DNA of 62,562 nucleotides from a virus: UHGV virus genome UHGV-0106067; one strand, 5' to 3'. Shown piece by piece: positions 26,751 to 34,900 of this stretch (position 1 is its first letter; each line of letters starts with the position of its first letter). The notes under the pieces were generated by a model. It saw only the letters and a program-made list of their open reading frames with translations, ran no database searches and was not told where the DNA came from. The position numbers and the translations under genes were made by a program.

Positions 26751-27030
26751 GGATATTCCTCGCGAAATTAAAGAAATTAACGAAATCATTGAGGTTACTG
26801 ATCGCCCCGAGTTTACCCTCATGTGGCGCTATGAAACAGGAACCGACGAGCAAAAATACATCATGGTTGCAGCATTGGCTGTGATGGCGATAGAAAGGGA
26901 GCGGATGGAAAGGAACGTAATAGTTATTCCTGAGAGAAATGATTCACCGGATCTGAGATGGCAGGGGCCGGAGTGGATGTGGCAATCCGGTGATGATATT
27001 TCTTCTCTGGGGGAAGCGCCGCCAGAATGA
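26749..27030 (+). CDS. Hypothetical protein; its start codon overlaps the divergent DUF4145 start (CCATGG)
   Basis: SD AAGGAGA 8 nt upstream. 93 aa. Confidence 0.4.
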   Translation: MDIPREIKEINEIIEVTDRPEFTLMWRYETGTDEQKYIMVAALAVMAIERERMERNVIVIPERNDSPDLRWQGPEWMWQSGDDISSLGEAPPE

Positions 27031-27277
27031 CGGCGCGGTAGTGAAGGTAATCAAACATTTATGGCCTGAATCCCGTTTTTTTCAATAACGGAAAGAAGCG
27101 CGCCGCGCCGGGCGGAAACAGAAACGATGGGAGGGTGCATGTAAGGCGTTGCAAGAACTGAATAAATACCGTGACTTGATCAACGAATTGTCAGAGTGAG
27201 CGAAGCGGGAATCCACGTCCTTTAGGGCGTGGATGATATCAGGCTGTTGAAATACATGTAGAAAAGGAGCGCATACT

Positions 27278-27445
27278 ATGACCGAAAAAGAGGTTTCTGA
27301 TTTGTTACAAAAAAGGCGCACAGCTTTGTATAATTTGCGAAAAAAACACGGATTCCCGGAACCAGTACTTACTCATCCGGCGCGATATAGTCGTCAGGCC
27401 GTTGAACAATGGCTTAAAGCCGGAGGAATTAACCGAGCTGTTTAG
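27278..27445 (+). CDS. xis: AlpA-family excisionase/regulator
   Basis: Hand translation: MTEKEVSDLLQKRRTALYNLRKKHGFPEPVLTHPARYSRQAVEQWLKAGGINRAV (55 aa). SD AAGGAG. 3' end overlaps int convergently. Confidence 0.7.
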   Translation: MTEKEVSDLLQKRRTALYNLRKKHGFPEPVLTHPARYSRQAVEQWLKAGGINRAV

Positions 27446-28673
27446 CGTGCCAGAAAATTTTATCAGCATACAACTCATACGCATCTTTCTGTTCCGACAA
27501 CCAGTCGTGTTTATTATACACGGCCATAACTCCCCCAAGTTCATGCCCCAGCATTTTTTCAGTGACGTGGGGCATAATTCCTTCCCCAGATAAATTCGTT
27601 ACCAGAGAACGCCTAAAATCATGCGTTCTCCATTCAGGAATATCAATTTTCTCCCTTAACTTTTTCATGTACAAATTAGCCGACGAACGATCAATAGGTT
27701 TATCTATTTCCTGCCCGGGGAATAGCACATCAAAACCCGCATTAAGCAATCTCTCGATATAAGGTTTAACCTGAGTGAATACCGGACGCCGGATAATATT
27801 CCCCATTTTTGAATGCTCTTTTGGGGTTGTCCAGACCAGATCTTCCATGTTGAACTCACTGGCTGTCGCGAGACGTAGCTCAGAAAGTCTGGCCCCCCAT
27901 AGCAATAGCAATTGATGTAACACCTTGTTGGAAGTAACTACTTTTGAGTTCTCCAGCGCCAGCCAAATTTTTGCCAGTTCCGTATAGGTAAGTACACGAC
28001 TCCCTACATCTGGTTTTTTCCCAATATTCTTAACACTAAGCTTGAGTAATTCGCATGATGGGATTAACTGGCGGCTGATACACCAGTTAATAACTGAACG
28101 CAGTTGTAACAACAAAACACGAGCCTTTTTCTTGTTGAGGCTTTCTTGTTTGTCAAAGAAACGAGCCCATGCCGATACTGGGATACTGGCAACTGGCGAG
28201 CCTTCAAACTGTGTGTACATAGTGTTGTACACGACGGATCTGTAAAGCGTCTGTGTATTGGGTTTCAGATCAGTAACATACTTATCCCACCACTGATCCA
28301 GGCATTCTTTTAATGTCAGTTCGCCGTCACTGGGCGCAAAATAATTTTTAGGGTTAACTCCCTTCATGTACAATGCGCGCATCTCACCGACGATAACACG
28401 CGCGTCCTTCAGTGAAGTAGACGGATAGCGCCCGACAGTAAGACGTACTGGCTTACCATTCCAGCGATAACGGTACTGAAACGTGATAGTTCCTGCTGGA
28501 GTAATCCGCACACTTAACCCGTCACCATCGGTGATTTCAGCAGGGCCAGAGTAGGGTTTTCCGTAGAGGCCTCGTAGTTTGGTGTCGCTCAGTGCCAATG
28601 CTTTATATCCTGTACACAAGTTTATAATGTATTCTGTACTCAATATGTACGCATTAGCAAGTGAACAAAACAC
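27429..28673 (-). CDS. int: Tyrosine integrase, P4/DUF4102-type
   Basis: N-terminus LSDTKLRGL...GLSVRITPAGTITFQYRYR. Catalytic THDFRRS, MLGHELGG, AVYNKH. The true start is probably the internal TTG (MALSDTK). Confidence 0.9.
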   Translation of the reverse strand: MFCSLANAYILSTEYIINLCTGYKALALSDTKLRGLYGKPYSGPAEITDGDGLSVRITPAGTITFQYRYRWNGKPVRLTVGRYPSTSLKDARVIVGEMRALYMKGVNPKNYFAPSDGELTLKECLDQWWDKYVTDLKPNTQTLYRSVVYNTMYTQFEGSPVASIPVSAWARFFDKQESLNKKKARVLLLQLRSVINWCISRQLIPSCELLKLSVKNIGKKPDVGSRVLTYTELAKIWLALENSKVVTSNKVLHQLLLLWGARLSELRLATASEFNMEDLVWTTPKEHSKMGNIIRRPVFTQVKPYIERLLNAGFDVLFPGQEIDKPIDRSSANLYMKKLREKIDIPEWRTHDFRRSLVTNLSGEGIMPHVTEKMLGHELGGVMAVYNKHDWLSEQKDAYELYADKIFWHAKQLG

Positions 28674-28793
28674 TTTTCAACGCAAAAGAAGATAATCAAC
28701 CATGAACAAAAACGAACTTACACCTTGATTTTAAAACCATAAAGACGGTATTATCAGTCATATGGTGAACAACCAAAATCAATACGCAACAAT

Positions 28794-28817
28794 GTCCTCT
28801 TAGTTAAATGGATATAA
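28794..28817 (+). other. attP core: 24-nt copy of the 5' end of tRNA-Arg(CCU) argW
   Basis: GTCCTCTTAGTTAAATGGATATAA equals the acceptor 5' strand plus most of the D arm (D stem 5' strand, D loop, 3 of 4 nt of the D stem 3' strand) of argW as I remember it. It sits in an AT-rich arm region next to int. It is not a full tRNA. Confidence 0.6.
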
Positions 28818-28907
28818 TGAATACAAGCATTAACTAATTGATTTAAATACAGAAAGCACCAAAATAATCGTCATATCCGTACCCATTTATGTACACATCC
28901 CGTTAAG

Positions 28908-28935
28908 CATGCCCCGCACTTCCGTACGGGGCATG
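28908..28935 (-). terminator. 9-bp GC hairpin right after the last late gene (weak U tract)
   Basis: CATGCCCCG-10 nt-CGGGGCATG. The plus side is followed by TTCTTT. Confidence 0.4.
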
Positions 28936-28939
28936 TTCT

Positions 28940-31900
28940 TTACTCCACTCCCACTTTTTTGTTGTACTCGCGGTTAAACCGATCCACGGCAATTTTCATA
29001 TCCCGCTCAACCGATTTCACCATCGCCGACTGTTGCGCCAGACTGAGAGTACTGTCGGCGTAAATGGCATCACGCTGTTTACGCAAATCCTTCAGTCTCT
29101 TCCGGGTATCCTGCATAAGCCCGTTCATCAACAATTTTCCGTTGTTCTCGTCAATGAACGCCGTTCTTTCTGCACCGGTCAGACTCTTCAGCTCTGCGTG
29201 ATACTGCGCAACCTCTGTCATCCGGTCGTACATCTTCTGCTGGTCTGCATACGGCATCACCTCACCCGAAATTTTCCCCAGGAAGGGCACCTGCTGCTCC
29301 GGTATATCAATACCGTTCAGCGATTTCACCGCCGCATCTGTGGTTTTGGAAATGAAGCGCCCTGTCCCTCCGGAGATATAGTCAATCCAGAATTTCAGCG
29401 ATTCCGGTGTGATATCCACCGCGCCGGGACGATACTGGCTGCCACCTGAGAACGCATTCAGCCAGGATGCAAACGCCTTGTACGCCTCAGGCGTTGAACG
29501 TCTGCCCAGCTGGCTGTCCGGTTTCGGTGTGCCAAATGGCATGTTCTCCTGGTAAATCTGCGCCCCCATGAAGTTTTCATTCATGGCAAGGTTCGCAAAC
29601 GGACGCAGAATGGTCGGCGCTGCATTTTTCAGCAATGCCCCGGACAGTGTTTCCGACGTTTCACTGCCCACAGGACTGAATGCCCCCAGGATACCACCGA
29701 CAACATTACCGGCAGCACGTGAAGCAGTCAGGTCGCCCGCTGCCACACCTTCAGCAGTATGCCCGAGCAGGAAGAAAACGTTGTACCCGTAAGGCAGAGG
29801 AATACTCCAGTACTCTCCGGCCTTGCCCCCGAACACCGATTTCATAATGACGAGGTTACGCTCTTTCACATGAGACGGCACCTTGTCATACCAGTTAACC
29901 CCGTCATCATCCTCCCCCGCAACACTGCGGTTAAGCGAGCCAAGCAGATAACCCGCTCCCACAGCTGCAAGCGCGATTTTCTGCGGTACATTGAGATTCT
30001 TCCAGCGAAGGCGCTCCGGTAACGGCCCGTCGCCATTAAGATGTCCGAGCGTTCTCACCAGGTTTGCGGTCCCCTGAATGCTGGCGTTGGCAAACATATA
30101 CAGCGAGTTCATCAGCGCTCCCTGCTCACCACGACGGTTAAAGTTCACCGTCATGTTTTTGGCAAGAGATGCCGCCTGCTGGCGTGACAAACCGGCATCA
30201 CGGGCGTGTTTATAGGCAGAAAGACGCAGAGCGTTTTCAACCGCGCCGTTGGCATCCTCGACCAGGTTCAGGAACGAATGCCATGCACCGATACTCTGGC
30301 CTTTCCATCCTCCCTTCGCCAGCGATACAAGGCGATCCATTTCCTTCTGCTGGCCTTCAAGGTCACCCATGTTAAACCAGCCGGTTTTACCTCCATCCTC
30401 AACAAACTCTTTCCACACCTTCTGCCACTGCGCACCGTTGCCCGTGAGGGTTTTACCACGCAGACTGGCGTATACGGCAGACATGGCAGACCGGCTGTCT
30501 TTCACCACAGCCAGGGCGGATAAGTTATCCAGCCCTTTCAGTTTACCGTCGCTCCTTCCCTGCTCAGCCTTCAGGTTCATCACCGCCGTCTGCACGTCAC
30601 GGATGAAGTTACTGACCAGAAATTCCGGGTTATACGACGTGTTCACCGTTGCCAGGAAACGGTTAACTTTCCCCAGCGTACGGATTACGGCGTTACTGGT
30701 TTCCGGCCCCATGTTCTTCATCGCACGCATCAGGCGCGGGTCATGGAGTTTGATGTAGTAAGTTTTGCCGTCCTTTTTGGTGGTGAAGTAGCGATCCGCC
30801 ATCATTGCCATAGGCACCGGACGTTCAACAACTTCGCGACGGGTTTCGCCGGTTTCCGGATCAACACGCTCTGCAATCGCCCGCATGGTGTCCGGTTTGT
30901 CATCAGTGAATACCTGCCAGTAATCCTTATCGGGATTATCCTGCACCAGTTTCAGGAAGGCGTTACCCACTTCGTTTTTGCGATTGCGGATCAGCGATTC
31001 GCTCAAATCCTGTATCGCCTGAGTGGAAGGAGACTGTGCGCGGGATGCACGCCCCATGGCCTGCCTGCTTTCACGTCCGCCGATGGTGAAGCCCTTACCT
31101 GCACGGGGCAGTGACACCACACCGTCAACATCCTGACCTTTCAGGGGAACGTAGTAACGGTAGGCGTTCTGCCAGGCATCCACCACACCGCTCTCTTCCA
31201 GTCCGGCCTCACGGATAAGCTCACGGCGACGGGCCAGCATATCGTCAACAATCCCTGCCAGACGGTCATACTGTGCCTGTTTGCCACTGTTACGCACACG
31301 CTGCATGATTTCCGCCGCTTCCGCGTTGGTCATCCCCGAACCGCCGTCCGGCATTTTCGGGTTGATTTTCGCGATATGCGCGTTACGTTCCGGCGCGTGA
31401 CGGGCGTAGAGGTACTCATCCAGATCGGCCTGCGCAATTTTGTAGTCCGCCAGTAATTTAGCCAGTGGCTGAACGTAGCGCTCCTTCATCACGTTCAGGT
31501 CGTTTTCCGCCTTCCCGTGGAAGAGTTCTTCAGCCATATAGGCGTTATTGCTGTCATCTATTTTTCCGCCAGTTTTACGGATATTCTCCTGCACCGCCTT
31601 CAGCACCTGGAATTTATCCTGCATCTGGCGAACAAAACGGGATGCAATTGTCTCTTCCGGTGTCAGACTGCTGGTACGGGAGTAATACGGCCCCTTGCGA
31701 ATATCTTCAGGATAGAGTATTTTATCTACAGAGCCGCGATAAGAATGTTCCCCTTTGGGCAATTGAAGCCCTCTGTGCAGAAGGTTATCGCGGCTTAATT
31801 TTTTCTTCCGGTAAAGCGTTAATCCGGCTTTATCCAGACTATTTGCCTTATTCATTCCTCCTTCCGTACCGTAAACCGAAGCTACCTTGTTGATTTCCAG

Positions 31901-34900
31901 GCGCGACCGGACAGCCTTCATGTGTACCGCTGACACTACAGGATCACCATTTTTATCCATGGCATCAAGCAGCATCACAACCGCATTTCTTTCTGTCGCG
32001 GAACGGTAAATTGCATCCGGATCGTGCATCAGTTCCGGTAGTCTCTCGATAACATCCATCGGCACCACATGTTTCACTCCATTGGTGGCCTTACGCACAG
32101 TGTCGCGGGAGATAACCAGCGGCAAATCTGGTGCGCCAAGGTGACGCAATACCGGCGGCGTACGCCCGATGTTTACCGTTAAATCTGTGGTGCGCAGAGA
32201 CTTCATCATTCTGGCAAGGTCATCACGATAACGCTCGCCCTCACCTTCCGGCACTTTGAACGGATCAGTCTTACCGCTACGGGAGTACTGAGACGATGCG
32301 CCAGCGCCATCCTCACGCGGCGTGTAACCTTCCCGCACACGCTGGCCTAACGTGCGAATAGTTTCGCGAACAAGTCTGATATCGTTCAGCTCTGTCGGCT
32401 TCAGTAACCCCGTGCGACGCAGTACCCCTTTGACCAGGGCAACAACACGCTCCCACGCCGCCACAAATTTATTCGGCTGTTTCTCCGCCATATGTGCCAG
32501 AAATTCACCTGCCTGCACTTCCGGTGATTCCTTAGCATAAGACGCATCAACCTTACGCCAGGCTTCACGGATGGTGGCGTTATCACTGTCACGGGTTTTC
32601 AGCACGGTCTTAATAATCGTCTGATATTCCGCTGGCGTGACTACATGCTCCATTGCATGGTGAATAATCTCGTGACGTAACTTCTCGCGAACGGTCCGCC
32701 CATCAGGGATGTTATCCGCCACCAGGACAATTTCACGTTTATCCGGACGATAGAACGCGTGCACCTTGCCGTAACCGTCGAATGATTCACCCGCCAGTGC
32801 TTCAGCCTCTTTCTGTGACTTCACCACGCGGACCTTCAGGTCACTGTCCTTAATGCCACTAATCACGCCACGGGCAACAGCTTCAACCTGCGGGACCGGA
32901 CTGCCTTTGGCTTCCGCACTACGGTTAACATCCGAAATCAGATTGCCTTCAGGTGTGCGGGTCACGCCCTTACGGGAATAAAACGCAACTCCCTTGTCCG
33001 TCTCACGGGTTTTCAGTGTTCGGAACAAGTGATCGAATGCCTCACGAATACCGCCATCCAGTTCTGCATTCGTCGGATAAGCGTAGGTGTCCGGCTGTCC
33101 ATGGTCATCCGCCTTACGGATATTGACCAGATAATCATTCTCCACGCCAGCCATACGCGCTTTATCCTGAACATAACGCTCAAAGGCTCGCGCCGCCATT
33201 TCAACATCCGTTGACCAGTACGGTTTTGAACGAACGCCATCCAGGCGTTCAGAACGACGCAACATGTCACTGCTGTTAATGGCTTTCATCACGCCTTTAA
33301 ACGCGTCGTAAACCTCCTGACGTACCGGATATTCCGCATCAACATACCTGCCGTCTTTAAATACGCGCCCGGCACGCTGTGCTTCCGTCATATAGTCGCC
33401 ACCTGACGTGATCTTCCCGTCAGTGGAAACATCATAACGACCAAAATAATTATCCAGTGAATGGAACCATTCGTGGGCCAGCGCCCCCGGTCCGTTACCT
33501 TTTGTCAGGTTGATTGCCACCTCACCCGGCTCATAGTGTGCCGCCGCCTTACCCTTACCACGGGCACCAAAAGCAAGCCCAAGACGACCGTTCAGAGAAA
33601 GCGCTTTTGTCGGCACGTTCAGCACGTCAGCCAGGTCATGCAGCGAGTCATAAGCCCGGTTCAAATCAGCCTGACGACGCGGACTTTCCACATAATTACC
33701 AAACTGCACACCACAAAAACCAAACGCATCACTGAACTGCTCCGGCGAAACATCCCCCTTGCGGCGTTCTGGTCCGGTACGATCGCGGTTGGTGGCGTTA
33801 CGCTGCTCCTCACGCGAGACTTCACGCAGCGCCTTCACCTGATTAACCAGCTCATCACGATGTGTGCGCACATAATCATGTGCATCACGGGCAGACTCAA
33901 AACCGCCCTTCAGTTTCTGCCTGTTTTTGCCATAACCGATAAAAATGTCGCCACTGGCCTTATGCCGGTACACGTCAAAGGTTATTCTGTCATCAGCAGA
34001 GGTTGCTGGCGTTTCCCTTTCTCTGGAGCCTTGTTCATCGAAATATGCTTTCGCCTTTTTCAGTAACTCATCCCGGCTTTCCGAGAAAAAGAGGTCGCGC
34101 CCCTTGCTATCACGAAGCGAATACATCATTTGCGGCGGATCGTAACGTTTTCCCCCGACAAACGAATAAACACCGGACCTGACACGATAGCCGGATGCTT
34201 TATCAATCTGCAATGCAGAAAGCGTACGGAGCAGTTTCCAGGTATCCGACATGCTCCGTAACCCCGGCTTACTGTCCATCATATCAGCCAGTTTCGCTGC
34301 CGGAATTTTCCCCTCCAGCATACCGGCAGTAGCTTCGCGACCGCTTTTAACAATGCTGATCCATTTCTGCATGTTACGGCTTGTTCTGGTGGGAATTTCA
34401 CTGCGATACAACGCCATCATTGCCAGCGTGTCACTATCCACACCTTCTTTTTCCAGACGGGCATAATCCGGCTTTGGAAACAGTTTGCTCAGTGGTTGTG
34501 TCGCGTACTCCCCATCCTCCAGCGTTTTACCCATAGCTTCAGCAAGCTGCGCATAACGGTGTTTTGCCGCGCCCTTAATCTCCTCGCCAAAGTCTTCAAT
34601 TTTCGCACCACGCGCCTGCTGGTGAGTGCTCGGTTTATCTACCGGCACCGGCACCTCAGTATCCGGAACATCGGTTATGGTCTGGCGATTATCCCCGGTC
34701 TGTCTGCGCGCTTCTGCCTGCTGTGCCAGTTCCGGAAGGGAGTCACGAACCATACGAGGGAGTGATTCAGGCTGTGGCATATCAACCCCACGCTGACTTT
34801 CAGGTGCAGGAAGTCCTTCACGCATTGGTGCTGTGGCGTTCTGCTCATCCGGTGACGGCAGACCACGACGAACTGTTTCGCCCTCCAGTATTTCCCCCTG

